NCBI GenBank assembly: GCA_043826455.1
Contig: JBDRQD010000046.1
Location: 1 to 64,000, forward strand
From: Candidatus Bathyarchaeota archaeon
Lineage (GTDB): Archaea; Thermoproteota; Bathyarchaeia; TCS64
DNA length: 64,000 bases
Direction: 5' to 3'
The notes beneath the pieces were generated by a model. That model ran no database searches and was not told the DNA's origin. It worked only from the letters and a program-made list of their open reading frames with translations. The translations under genes were made by a program, and so were the position numbers. This document shows, in pieces, positions 47,265 to 56,562 of this stretch; the first letter of the stretch is position 1; each line of letters starts with the position of its first letter.

Positions 47265-47690
47265 TATGGTGATGGTCGGCTCTAGGGACACCTGGGCCTT
47301 GACGCTCTGCCAGATCAGGCTGTACTTCTCGGCCATCTGGAGGGCCCTGTTGACCCGGTCCTCCGTGGTGCCCCTCGCCACGATGTGGGGTTTGATGGTC
47401 ATCCTGCTGAAGGCGCTGGTCCTGTCCAGGTACTCCTCCACGTGGCCCGTAGTCTCGCAGCTGTAGCTCACGAGATCGATCTTGAGCTTCTCTGCAGCCC
47501 AGATGACCATCAGAGTGTAGCAGGTGTTGAGGGCGCCTACGAAGGCGTCCTCGGGCGTCAGCACCCCGTGCTCGCCGTGGAGGTCCTTGGGGGCGCTGAA
47601 GGGCATCTCGGCGCCGTTGCTGCACCTGAGGACGCCCCTGTGTCCGCCCAGCCACTCTACGCTTGTGTGGTACTCAGGCACCCTGCTCAC
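47259..47690 (-). CDS. OsmC/Ohr family protein
   Basis: TPEDAFVGALNTCY; AEKYSLI where the family usually has a second Cys. Confidence 0.85.
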   Translation of the reverse strand: MSRVPEYHTSVEWLGGHRGVLRCSNGAEMPFSAPKDLHGEHGVLTPEDAFVGALNTCYTLMVIWAAEKLKIDLVSYSCETTGHVEEYLDRTSAFSRMTIKPHIVARGTTEDRVNRALQMAEKYSLIWQSVKAQVSLEPTITIL

Positions 47691-48084
47691 CCTGAACCCA
47701 GTCGATCTTCTCAGCTATCTCCAAGGCGACGCGCTCAGCCAGCTTAACATCATCTTCGCTGAGGACCCGCCTAGAAGCCGGGGGCTCCACGCCCCACCCC
47801 TCTATGAGGGCCTCCACGTCCACGTCCGCCGCCGTCAAGCCACTGTACTTCTCAATTGCCTTCTTGGCGCACTGCCTGTGGCAGCCATCCACGGGGATTG
47901 TGGGGAACCTTTGAGCGAACTCCCGTTCACCCGAGTCGCCCGCCAGGAATAGGGGCAGGCAGAGGGTGACCGTGCCGGGCCTTACCCCTTCAAGGATCAT
48001 ACGTGTCGCGACGCGGCTCAGGGTGCCCATGCTGCAGCACTCGCCGCTGCAGCTGATGACACCCACCTTGGGTTTGATATTCAT
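47674..48084 (-). CDS. DGC domain (putative zinc-binding) protein
   Basis: ISCSGECC, CL, VDGCHRQCAKK; start at ATG 48084. Confidence 0.85.
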   Translation of the reverse strand: MNIKPKVGVISCSGECCSMGTLSRVATRMILEGVRPGTVTLCLPLFLAGDSGEREFAQRFPTIPVDGCHRQCAKKAIEKYSGLTAADVDVEALIEGWGVEPPASRRVLSEDDVKLAERVALEIAEKIDWVQGEQGA

Positions 48085-48485
48085 TGCCTTTCCTCCAGCA
48101 GCTCGTCCACCTTGGCCGCTATCCTCTCGGCCAGCAGCCCTGAGAGCCTCTCTCCGTCCTCGTCCAGGAAGGTTACCTCCCTGGGCTTCAGTCCACGGTT
48201 CTCCCTGAGCAGGTCCATGACTCGTATGTGGGCCGCCACGTTGCCGCCCGCGATCTCGATGTTCTTGCCTGCGCACTCCAGGGGGCACCCGTCCACGGCT
48301 ATGCACTTGCTGCCCTTGACCTGCCTCGTGGCCTCCTTGTCCCCCATGACCAGTAGGCTCAGGCAGTTGGTCTCAGCCTTACCTGGGCGGAGCTCGTCCA
48401 CTACCCTGAACGTGGCGTCGCGGCCTATGGTTCCAAAGGGTTTCCCGATGCCGCTGCACGGGATTACCAGTATCTTATCAGTCAT
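48081..48485 (-). CDS. DGC domain (putative zinc-binding) protein
   Basis: IPCSG, CL, VDGCPLECA. Confidence 0.85.
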   Translation of the reverse strand: MTDKILVIPCSGIGKPFGTIGRDATFRVVDELRPGKAETNCLSLLVMGDKEATRQVKGSKCIAVDGCPLECAGKNIEIAGGNVAAHIRVMDLLRENRGLKPREVTFLDEDGERLSGLLAERIAAKVDELLEERQ

Positions 48486-48942
48486 CCTCGGCCCCCTTGA
48501 GCTTCCTGACCTCTGCCTCCGCCTTCATCTTCATGTACTTGAAGTACTCCTGGTCGCTGAGGAGTCCCTTCATCTGGTTGGGGGCCACTGATTTCACCTC
48601 GGCGACCCATCCCTCCCCGTAGGGGTCCGTGTTCATGAGCTCAGGGTAATCGTTGAGGCGGTTGTTCACCCGAGCTACGCTGCAGTCGAAGGGGGCCTTG
48701 ACGTCCAGCACCGCCTTGATGGTCTCGTAGGCGGCCAGGGGCTCACCCATCTTTAACTCGCCCTGGCTCAGGAAGTCCACGAAGACTATGTCGCCGCCCA
48801 TCCTCTGGGCCAGGTCGGTGATGCCGACCCTGTAGGCTTCACCGGTCTGCTGGACCCAGACGTCGTCTTGGGTGTATCTCAGGCCCTTCCTGACCTTGAT
48901 TATGAACTTGTCTATTGTTGTGGAGATGTAATCGTCGGCCAT
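48478..48942 (-). CDS. Glycine cleavage H-like lipoyl-carrier protein
   Basis: VGITDLAQ..GDIVFV, ETIKAV (lipoyl Lys), NTDPYGEGW. Confidence 0.9.
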   Translation of the reverse strand: MADDYISTTIDKFIIKVRKGLRYTQDDVWVQQTGEAYRVGITDLAQRMGGDIVFVDFLSQGELKMGEPLAAYETIKAVLDVKAPFDCSVARVNNRLNDYPELMNTDPYGEGWVAEVKSVAPNQMKGLLSDQEYFKYMKMKAEAEVRKLKGAEDD

Positions 48943-48979
48943 CTGCTCACTGTCCTGGAGTATGCTCCCCCGCGTTTCA

Positions 48980-48996
48980 TATAAATATATTTAGAT
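48980..48996. promoter_or_regulatory. Putative ArsR box/promoter upstream of the GcvH-like operon
   Basis: tataaatatatttagat resembles the boxes at 49403 and 49439. Confidence 0.4.
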
Positions 48997-49014
48997 TTGT
49001 ATTGGTTGGGTTCG

Positions 49015-49392
49015 CTAAAGCTCCCCCATCCTCTCCTTGTAGCGGGACGACATGAAGGTCCACTTGCCCTCCTTCCGCTTCTCCACGAAGCCCTCGGCCT
49101 CCAGTATCTTCAGGTGGTGAGACAGGTTAGGCTGGCTTATCCCCAGGGCCACCATGAGCTCGCAGACGCACATATCCCTGACCTCCAGGAGCCTGAGTAT
49201 CCTGAGCCTCTTGGCGTCCGATAGGGCCTTGAAGACCCTGCTCTTCTTTCTGGCTTCCTTGGGCTCCGCTGCCTGGGCCGCCAGCTGCTTGAGCTCCTCC
49301 TTGTAGTCGGCTAGGCAGGTGCCGTCGCAGACGTTACTCTCTATGAGTCTCTGGAGCCTCTGATCTAGTACGTTCTTGGGCATCTGATCCAA
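49015..49392 (-). CDS. arsR: ArsR/SmtB family metalloregulator
   Basis: FKALSDAKRLRIL..DMCVCEL..SQPNLSHHL. Confidence 0.92.
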   Translation of the reverse strand: MDQMPKNVLDQRLQRLIESNVCDGTCLADYKEELKQLAAQAAEPKEARKKSRVFKALSDAKRLRILRLLEVRDMCVCELMVALGISQPNLSHHLKILEAEGFVEKRKEGKWTFMSSRYKERMGEL

Positions 49393-49402
49393 GTAATCTA
49401 TT

Positions 49403-49456
49403 TTTAAACGAATTTAAATATGTTTCAATCCAAGTTCATATAAACGGATTTAAATA
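49403..49456. promoter_or_regulatory. Two near-identical quasi-palindromic boxes in the arsR/acr3 divergent promoter (putative operators)
   Basis: tttaaacgaatttaaata (49403-49420) and tataaacggatttaaata (49439-49456). Confidence 0.6.
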
Positions 49457-49487
49457 CAAGCATGGTGTACGGTCTCTGAATAGTAGG

Positions 49488-50516
49488 GTGAAACACGTGA
49501 CGGAGCAAAAACCTCACCTAGGTTTCTTCGAGAAGTACCTGGCCGTCTGGGTCATAGCCTGCATGGGCGTCGGCCTCGTCCTGTCCCAGTACCTGCCCGG
49601 CCTCAGCCAGGCCATAGACAGCTGGCAGATCAGGGGCATCAGTGTGCCCATCGGCATCTGCCTGTTCCTCATGATGTACCCGGCCTTGCTCAACCTCAGG
49701 CTCGAGGAGCTCAGGAAGCTGGCCAGGAACCCGAAACCCATCATCCTGACCCTGTTCAGCAACTGGGTCATAGCCCCCATAGTGACGGTTATACTGGCCA
49801 ACGTGTTCCTTAGGGGCTACGACCAGCTCACGGTGAGCCTTATACTGTTGGGGGCAAGCCCCTGCACGGCCATGGTGCTTGTGTGGGGCAGCCTGGCCGG
49901 GGGCAACCAGGAGCAGAACTTCATCACGACGAGCCTCAACACCATAACCATCATGATACTGTACGCGCCTCTGGTGGCCTTGCTCACCGGCGTCCAGAAC
50001 ATAGCCATCGACAGGGGGCTACTAGTAATATCGGTTCTGGTCTTTATCGGGGTGCCTCTCATCCTCGGCTACTTCAGCAGGAGGTACCTGACGAGCACGA
50101 GGGGCGAGAAATGGTTCCAGGGCGTCTACAGGCCCGCCGTGGGCAAGGTGGCCATCGCGGCCCTGCTGACCACCCTCATAGTGCTGTTCAGCCTGAACGG
50201 CGACGTGCTGCTCACTAACCCGGACCTCATGGTCCTCATGAGCGCGCCCCTGCTGGTGGGCTTCTTCGTGGTGGTGGGCTTCAACCTGGTTGTTACGAGG
50301 CTCATGGGGCTAAGGTACCGTGAGGGCATCATCACGGTCATCATCGGGAGCAGCAGCCACTTCGAGATAGCCATAGCCACCGCCATCAGCCTCTACGGGC
50401 TGGGGTCTCAGGCGGCCCTGGGCACCACCATGGGCCTCTTCTGGGAGGTCCCCATCATGCTGAGCCTGGTTTGGCTGGGCAAGAGGCTCAACGAGAAGGG
50501 CTTCTGGGGAAAATAG
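49488..50516 (+). CDS. acr3: Acr3 arsenite efflux transporter
   Basis: FFEKYLAVWV, MMYP, NW, PCTAMVLVW, SHFEIAIA, EVP. Confidence 0.95.
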   Translation: MKHVTEQKPHLGFFEKYLAVWVIACMGVGLVLSQYLPGLSQAIDSWQIRGISVPIGICLFLMMYPALLNLRLEELRKLARNPKPIILTLFSNWVIAPIVTVILANVFLRGYDQLTVSLILLGASPCTAMVLVWGSLAGGNQEQNFITTSLNTITIMILYAPLVALLTGVQNIAIDRGLLVISVLVFIGVPLILGYFSRRYLTSTRGEKWFQGVYRPAVGKVAIAALLTTLIVLFSLNGDVLLTNPDLMVLMSAPLLVGFFVVVGFNLVVTRLMGLRYREGIITVIIGSSSHFEIAIATAISLYGLGSQAALGTTMGLFWEVPIMLSLVWLGKRLNEKGFWGK

Positions 50517-50677
50517 GGTCACCCGAACGTAGTCTCAACCCACACTCTTATCTCGTCCCTGATCCTCCTAACCTGTGCTATGACTTCATTCTCAGAGCCT
50601 GCTATGGCTGAGGGGTCTCTGAAGCTGCGGTGGATAAGCTCACCCCCCGGGAAGCCTGGGAGATAAAAAGGGGTCGG

Positions 50678-51031
50678 TTAGAAGCTGACCACCCTGTCGC
50701 TGTCCCTTATCCACTCGGCCAGAATCTTCATGGAGCCCTTCTCCACGCCCTCCACCAGCTCCGAGGGGTCCAGGCCGCGGGCGGTTATGCAGGTGCCGCA
50801 TACCTTCACCTCCACTCCCCTGTGGATGAGGGCTTGGAGCATCTTCTCCATGTTGTAGAAGCCGTCAGGCGTCTTCTGGCCACGTTTTGCAGCCACCACG
50901 CTGTCCCCCATGAGGAACACCCGCACCTTCATAGCCATCTCTTCGGATGCAGCAGTTGAAGCCAGGCGCAGGGCGTTCCACGGCTTCTCAGAGCCGTAAG
51001 GCGGGTCGTTCACTATTATCGTCAGATTCAT
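50678..51031 (-). CDS. DsrE family sulfur-relay protein
   Basis: PPYGSE..NALRLA, FLMGDSV, CGTCITARG. Confidence 0.9.
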   Translation of the reverse strand: MNLTIIVNDPPYGSEKPWNALRLASTAASEEMAMKVRVFLMGDSVVAAKRGQKTPDGFYNMEKMLQALIHRGVEVKVCGTCITARGLDPSELVEGVEKGSMKILAEWIRDSDRVVSF

Positions 51032-51145
51032 ACATCTGATGCACGGAAGCCGGAACTAAAGGGGTTTTCCTCCCGGACACTGTCAAAACCTATATATGAC
51101 TGCACTGCATTGTCTGGTCACTGAAACAGGGAGAGAAAAAACAGC

Positions 51146-51721
51146 TTGTCCAGGGCAGTCAGGGATAAATGGCGGCGCAAAGAGTGGTACGACATCATAC
51201 TGCCCCGCTACTTCGGGGAGACCAAGGTGGGGGAGACGCCATGCGAGGGCCCCGACAAGGTGATGGGCCGAGTCTTTGAGACCACCCTCGCAGCCATCAC
51301 GGGCGACTTCAGCCAGGAGTACATGAAGATGTACTTCCAGGTCAACGAGGTGGAGGGCCACACGGCCCGCACAGTCTTCAAGGGCCACGAGTACCTACGC
51401 GACTACCTCCGCAGCCTGGTCCGCAGGCGCAGCACCAAGGTGGACGGCTACTTCAGGGTCTACACCAAGGACGGGTACAGGATCAAGATCATAGTCACCG
51501 CCATGACCCAGACCAGGATAAAGACCAGCGACGAGAAGGTCATCCGCAAGATCATGGAGGACATAGTGACCGAGAAGACTCAGACCCTCACCTTCGACCA
51601 ATTGGCCCACGAGATGGTGCTGGGCAAGCTAGCCAGCGACGTCTACAACCTTGCCAAGAACATCACGGGCCTCAGGCACGTGGGGGTCAGGAAGAGCGAG
51701 CTCCTAGCCCTACCCAACTAA
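51146..51721 (+). CDS. rps3ae: 30S ribosomal protein S3ae (eS1)
   Basis: DKWRRKEWY, GRVFETTL, YLRSLVRR. Confidence 0.96.
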   Translation: MSRAVRDKWRRKEWYDIILPRYFGETKVGETPCEGPDKVMGRVFETTLAAITGDFSQEYMKMYFQVNEVEGHTARTVFKGHEYLRDYLRSLVRRRSTKVDGYFRVYTKDGYRIKIIVTAMTQTRIKTSDEKVIRKIMEDIVTEKTQTLTFDQLAHEMVLGKLASDVYNLAKNITGLRHVGVRKSELLALPN

Positions 51722-51758
51722 ACCCTTATGGGGCGCCGCCCCTGCGCCCAGAAACGTT

Positions 51759-51810
51759 TTTAGCTAAAAGCAATCCAAAAAATATCACATTCTACCCAGC
51801 CACAGTCATC
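51759..51810 (+). repeat. Short intergenic repeat family C, copy 2
   Basis: Matches 15311-15363 with one indel. Confidence 0.7.
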
Positions 51811-51877
51811 TCAAGCCACACCATCATGGCGTAGACCCCAAAGAAACAAAAGCCTAGACCTCCACAGAATCATTGAG

Positions 51878-52489
51878 TTGGACGCCCGCAGACAGGTAGC
51901 CTACGAGGCCGCCCGCCTCCTCTACGACGGAGCCTACGATGAGTACAAGGACGCCAAGGAGGTCGCAGCCACCAGCCTGGGAGTGAGAAGCATACCCAGC
52001 AACTACGAGGTCGCAGAGCAGCTGGAACGGGTAGCGGAGGCTGAGGAGGGCTCAGACCGGCTGAGAAGGCTCATGGAGATGAGGATGGTCGCCGTGGAAG
52101 TCATGAAGGCCCTGGGCGACGTGAGCCCCAGGCTCATAGGAAGCGTCTGGAGGGGCACGGCCAGAATGGGCAGCGACGTGGACGTGGTGGTCTACGGCGA
52201 CCACGACCTCGTGGAGTTAACGCTATCAGAGAAATACTCAGTGAAGGAGAAGACCGCCAAGTCATTCATGGTGGAGGGGGCCCCCAGGACCTCCACCCAC
52301 CTCAAACTAGAGGTGGGGGGCTACGACGTGGAGGTGGTGGTGCGCCCCCCCAGGGACGTAGAGGCGTACAGGGATGAGCGGTGCGACATCTACGGTGACT
52401 TTAAGCGCGGCGTGGGGCTGGGGGAGCTGGAAAGACTTATGAAGACTGACCCCCTCCGCAGATTCATCCCAAGGAGGCGGCAGCGTTAA
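51878..52489 (+). CDS. Pol-beta-type nucleotidyltransferase domain protein
   Basis: RLIGSVWRG...SDVDVVV. Confidence 0.85.
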   Translation: MDARRQVAYEAARLLYDGAYDEYKDAKEVAATSLGVRSIPSNYEVAEQLERVAEAEEGSDRLRRLMEMRMVAVEVMKALGDVSPRLIGSVWRGTARMGSDVDVVVYGDHDLVELTLSEKYSVKEKTAKSFMVEGAPRTSTHLKLEVGGYDVEVVVRPPRDVEAYRDERCDIYGDFKRGVGLGELERLMKTDPLRRFIPRRRQR

Positions 52490-53850
52490 AGCCCAAGCTC
52501 TTCGGCTCGTCAGGCATCAGAGGCCTCGCCAACGTGGAGGTCACAATCACGCTAGCCCAGCGGGTGGGGGCCGCCCTGGCCACGGTACACAGCGGCGGAA
52601 CCTTCGTCGTCGGCAGGGACGCCAGGACCACGGGCCCCATGCTGGAGGCCGCCCTCCTCAGCGGCATAGTCTCCGGGGGAGCCGACGCCCTCTCAGTGGG
52701 CATGGTGCCCACGCCGGTGGCGGCCTGGATGATCAAGGAGACGGGCTCCGAGGCCGGCGTCGCCATAACCGCCAGCCACAACCCCCCCGAGTACAACGGC
52801 CTTAAGGTCTTCAACGGGCGGGGCATGAGCCTCACCAACCGGGAGCAACTGGAGCTAGAGGCCGTCCTGGAGAAGGAGGCCTACAGCCTGGCCCGATGGG
52901 ACGAGGTGGGCACAGTGGACCAGGTGGACGCCGTTGAGCCCTACTTGGAGGCCGTCTCCGAAGCCCTAGACGAGCTGGGCGACCGCAAGGTGGCCTGCGA
53001 CCTGTTCAGCGGGGCCACCTGCACCGTGGCGCCTGCCGCCTTCCAGGAGCTGGGCGTGGAGGCAGAGTTCATCAACAGCGTCCCGGACGGGGCCTTCCCG
53101 GCAGGCAACCCCGAGCCGTTACCTGAGTCCCTGGCTCGGCTTGGAAGCTACCTGAAGGCAAGAGACCTAGATCTGGGCTTCGGGTTCGACGGCGACGGCG
53201 ACAGGATGATGCCCGTGGACAGGGGCGGCGTCACGGTTAGCCCGGACAGGGCCCTGGCGGCCTACGCCGGCTACGTGGTCGATCGGAAGGGCGGAGGCAC
53301 CGTGGTGACCCACGTAGGCGCCAGCATGAACGTGGACGACATGGTGGAGGAGGCGGGGGGCACCGTGGTGAGGACACCCGTGGGAGACGCTTTCATTACG
53401 GAGGCCATGGAGAAGCACAGGGCCGTCTTCGGCGGCGAGCCCGTGGGGGCCTGGGTGATGCCCGAGGTCCACATGTGCCCCGACGGGGTGCTCTCGGCCC
53501 TGAAGCTCCTGGAGGCCCTGGAGGACACGGGCCTCAGCCTCAGAAAGTTCGCGGAGAGGGCCCCCGAGTACCCCCTGGACAGGGCCAAGGTGGAGTGCCC
53601 CAACAGGCACAAGCAGAAGGCCATGGAGCTGCTGGCCGAGGAGTACCGGGGCGTCTTCGGTGAGGTCAAGGGCGTCAACACGGTGGACGGTGTGCGCTTG
53701 GAGCTGGAGGAGGGCTGGGTGCTCATCAGGCCCAGCGGCACAGAGCCCCTCATGAGGCTGACCGTGGAGGGCCGGGACTCTAAGAAGGTCCGGGGGCTAA
53801 TGGAAAAAGGTAAGACCCTGGTGAACAAGGTTATAGGGGGTCTGAAGTGA
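52486..53850 (+). CDS. glmM: Phosphoglucosamine mutase (start codon non-canonical or uncertain)
   Basis: KLFGSSGIRG, TASHNP, FDGDGDR, IRPSGTEP; adjacent to glmU. Confidence 0.92.
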   Translation, partial: LKPKLFGSSGIRGLANVEVTITLAQRVGAALATVHSGGTFVVGRDARTTGPMLEAALLSGIVSGGADALSVGMVPTPVAAWMIKETGSEAGVAITASHNPPEYNGLKVFNGRGMSLTNREQLELEAVLEKEAYSLARWDEVGTVDQVDAVEPYLEAVSEALDELGDRKVACDLFSGATCTVAPAAFQELGVEAEFINSVPDGAFPAGNPEPLPESLARLGSYLKARDLDLGFGFDGDGDRMMPVDRGGVTVSPDRALAAYAGYVVDRKGGGTVVTHVGASMNVDDMVEEAGGTVVRTPVGDAFITEAMEKHRAVFGGEPVGAWVMPEVHMCPDGVLSALKLLEALEDTGLSLRKFAERAPEYPLDRAKVECPNRHKQKAMELLAEEYRGVFGEVKGVNTVDGVRLELEEGWVLIRPSGTEPLMRLTVEGRDSKKVRGLMEKGKTLVNKVIGGLK

Positions 53851-55115
53851 AGGCAGTCATACTGGCCGCTGGTAAGGGTACCAGGCTTTGGCCGTTGACG
53901 GAGTACACGCCCAAGCCGCTGCTGCCCGTGGGGGGCCGCCCCCTACTAGAATGGATGATCCAGAGGGTCAGAGAGGCGGGCATACATGATGTCCTAATGG
54001 TCACCAACTACCTTGAGGACCAGATCAAGGGCCACTTCGGGGACGGCTCAGGCCACGGCGTCAGGATCAGCTACGCACGCCAGAACGAGATGCTGGGCAC
54101 CGCCGACGCCTTCAACGTAGCCCGGGACTGGGCCGCGGGTGACGAGTTCATGGGGCTCTACGGTGACCACTACCTGGCTGAGGGCACCTTGAAGAAGGTT
54201 ATTGAGGCCCACAGGCCGGGGGAGGTGACTGTCGCGGCCCTGGAGGTGAAAGACCCCAGCCAGTACGGAGCCTTCGCACTAGAGGGAGACCTCGTTAAAC
54301 GGGTGGTGGAGAAGCCCCCCAGGGGCAATGAGCCCAGCAAGCACGCCAACGTGGGCATCTACGTGTTCCCGCCACAGGTCTTCGACTACATCAGCAGGAC
54401 CCAGAAGAGCCCACGGGGCGAACATGAGATCACAGACACCCTGCAGCTCATGATAGACGAGGGCACCACGGTGAGGAAGCACGACCTGGGGCCAGGCGAC
54501 TGGTTGGACATAGGCCTCCCCTGGACACTGCTAGAGGCCAACGAGAGGGCCATGGTGGGCCTGGAGCGCAGGATCGAGGGAACGGTGGAGGAGGGGGCAC
54601 ACATCCACGGCCCCGTCTGGGTCAAGGAGGGGGCCCGCGTCAGGTCAGGCGCCTACATCGAGGGCCCTGTTGTGGTGGGGGAGGGCAGCGACGTGGGACC
54701 CAACTGCTACATCCGGGCAAACACCTGCCTCTGCAGGAACGTCCGGATAGGCAACGCCTGCGAGGTGAAGAACAGCGTAATCATGGACGGCACCCACGCC
54801 GCCCACCTCAGCTACATAGGGGACAGCGTCCTGGGCAAGGGCTGCAATCTGGGGGCCGGCACCATCACCGCCAACCTGCGCTTCGATAAATCGCCCATAG
54901 AGGTGACGGTTAAGGGGGAGCGCCTGGACAGCAGCCGACGGAAGCTGGGGGTCATCATGGGTGACAACGTGCAGACAGGGGTCAACGTGAGCATCCACCC
55001 CGGCGTCGTCATCGGTCCCGACGCCTGGATAGCCCCGGGGCTCATAATCCAGAAGGATGTCCCGGCCAAGGTGATCAAGTTCAGGATACCGGACAATAAG
55101 GAGAAGCAGCGGTAA
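53847..55115 (+). CDS. glmU: Bifunctional sugar-1-phosphate nucleotidylyltransferase/acetyltransferase
   Basis: ILAAGKGTRL, hexapeptide repeats, HLSYIGDS, GAGTITAN. Confidence 0.93.
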   Translation: MKAVILAAGKGTRLWPLTEYTPKPLLPVGGRPLLEWMIQRVREAGIHDVLMVTNYLEDQIKGHFGDGSGHGVRISYARQNEMLGTADAFNVARDWAAGDEFMGLYGDHYLAEGTLKKVIEAHRPGEVTVAALEVKDPSQYGAFALEGDLVKRVVEKPPRGNEPSKHANVGIYVFPPQVFDYISRTQKSPRGEHEITDTLQLMIDEGTTVRKHDLGPGDWLDIGLPWTLLEANERAMVGLERRIEGTVEEGAHIHGPVWVKEGARVRSGAYIEGPVVVGEGSDVGPNCYIRANTCLCRNVRIGNACEVKNSVIMDGTHAAHLSYIGDSVLGKGCNLGAGTITANLRFDKSPIEVTVKGERLDSSRRKLGVIMGDNVQTGVNVSIHPGVVIGPDAWIAPGLIIQKDVPAKVIKFRIPDNKEKQR

Positions 55116-55161
55116 CCCACCACATTTATTATACTCCAAGCATTTTGAGTGGCTGGACCAG

Positions 55162-55479
55162 ATGGAGCGCGACGATTTAAAGAAAAGGTACCCGGCCCTG
55201 GCCAAGGAGATGAAGGAGGGCAAGGGGAAGGCGGACCTCAGCTTCGAGGTAGAGGCCCCTCAGCCGGACCGCAGGTTCTCGGGCTACGACCCCAACGTTG
55301 TGGACTTCCTCCGAAGGTGCAGTAGCGACCAGGAGGCCCTGGAGATCATCGAGTACATGAGGAAACGAGGCGAGGTCACAGAGAAAGAGGCCGAGACGCT
55401 GTGCACCCAGCTGCAGGAGAAGGGAGTCAGAAGCTTCGGTCCCAAGAAGAAGCCCGGCTACTACGAGAAAGAGGGGTAG
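55162..55479 (+). CDS. DUF2095-like protein
   Basis: YPALAKE, GYDPNVVDFLRRC, GVRSFG..KKPGYY. Confidence 0.8.
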   Translation: MERDDLKKRYPALAKEMKEGKGKADLSFEVEAPQPDRRFSGYDPNVVDFLRRCSSDQEALEIIEYMRKRGEVTEKEAETLCTQLQEKGVRSFGPKKKPGYYEKEG

Positions 55480-55564
55480 CCGGCACAATAAGGTAGGTAC
55501 CCCCGCCTGAATAGATTTGTAGAAATTTTCGGTTAACCGTGTTTTCTGGGTCTCCAGAGTCTAG

Positions 55565-55945
55565 GACGAGGAGGCGTCTCACCGAGGAAAAAGCATGAAT
55601 CATGAGATGGAATTTTTTTTCCGCCTTATCCCGGCTGGCACGGGATAAGCCACCCAGGAAACTACACGCCAGCGCGTCGGCCCCAGGAATAAGGAGGGGG
55701 TAGAGCAGGTGAACCGGAAACGGCCGCACCACACCAAAAGGGCTCCTAAAACCGGTCCGACGCCGCAAGAATCTTCACAGAAACACGGTCTATTCAGCAC
55801 ATCAGACACGCTGCATCGGAGCCGATGTGAAAAAAGGTAGGGGGTATCACCTAATGACGATTTTCTCTATTATTAAGGGATACCCGCCCCCATGAAACCG
55901 ACACCCGAGGCACCAGCCAAAGAAGAACATAACCCAAATCCTCTT
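55565..55945 (+). repeat. Dispersed element copy E5 (core B 55605-55628, hairpin, motif D 55824-55848)
   Basis: Collinear with 25700-26190. Confidence 0.88.
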
Positions 55946-55977
55946 GTAATATAAGCAGGGGTTCCCCACAAGATATT

Positions 55978-56445
55978 ATGTCTGACATAGTCAAGAAGCT
56001 ACAGGAGCAGAAGGAGCTTGAGCTGAGCCACGTCAAGAGCCTGACGCCCTTGGCCAAGAAGACAGGCCACCCCCTAGTGAAGGTGATCCTCCAGTCCGTT
56101 ATCCATGACAGCGGTAAGCACGCCTCCATATGCCAGGCTCTAATAGACGTCAACGCCGGCGAGACGCCTTACAAGCTGGACCTGGACATGGCTAAGGCCG
56201 TGGAGTTGCACCAGAACATCAAGCAGCACATCAGGGTCGAGTCCAAGATGATCACAAGGCTCGAGACCATGGTGAAGGAGGCTAAGGATGACAGAGTCGC
56301 GGAGCTCCTCAGGTTCATGCTGGAGGACGAGAGGAGACACCATAGGCTCCTCACCGGGCTCTCCAACCTCCTGGACAGGGACGAGACCGCCCTGGACGAG
56401 TACATGAAGCTCTTCCAGACCTTCATGATCGTCCCCCCAGAGTAA
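55978..56445 (+). CDS. Ferritin-like domain protein
   Basis: DSGKH and DERRH helix-bundle motifs. Confidence 0.75.
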   Translation: MSDIVKKLQEQKELELSHVKSLTPLAKKTGHPLVKVILQSVIHDSGKHASICQALIDVNAGETPYKLDLDMAKAVELHQNIKQHIRVESKMITRLETMVKEAKDDRVAELLRFMLEDERRHHRLLTGLSNLLDRDETALDEYMKLFQTFMIVPPE

Positions 56446-56562
56446 TAACCCACCTTTTTCTTCATCCTCTTCACGTAGAGGGCGGATAGCAGAACTTTTA
56501 CAATGAAACTCTTTCATCCATAAACTTATGCAGCCTAAACCAACAGGATCATTGAAGCAGCC

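Noticed and set aside
47674..48485. Selenocysteine readthrough in the DGC proteins
   Set aside because: Cys motifs are encoded by ordinary Cys codons and no in-frame TGA interrupts the domains.
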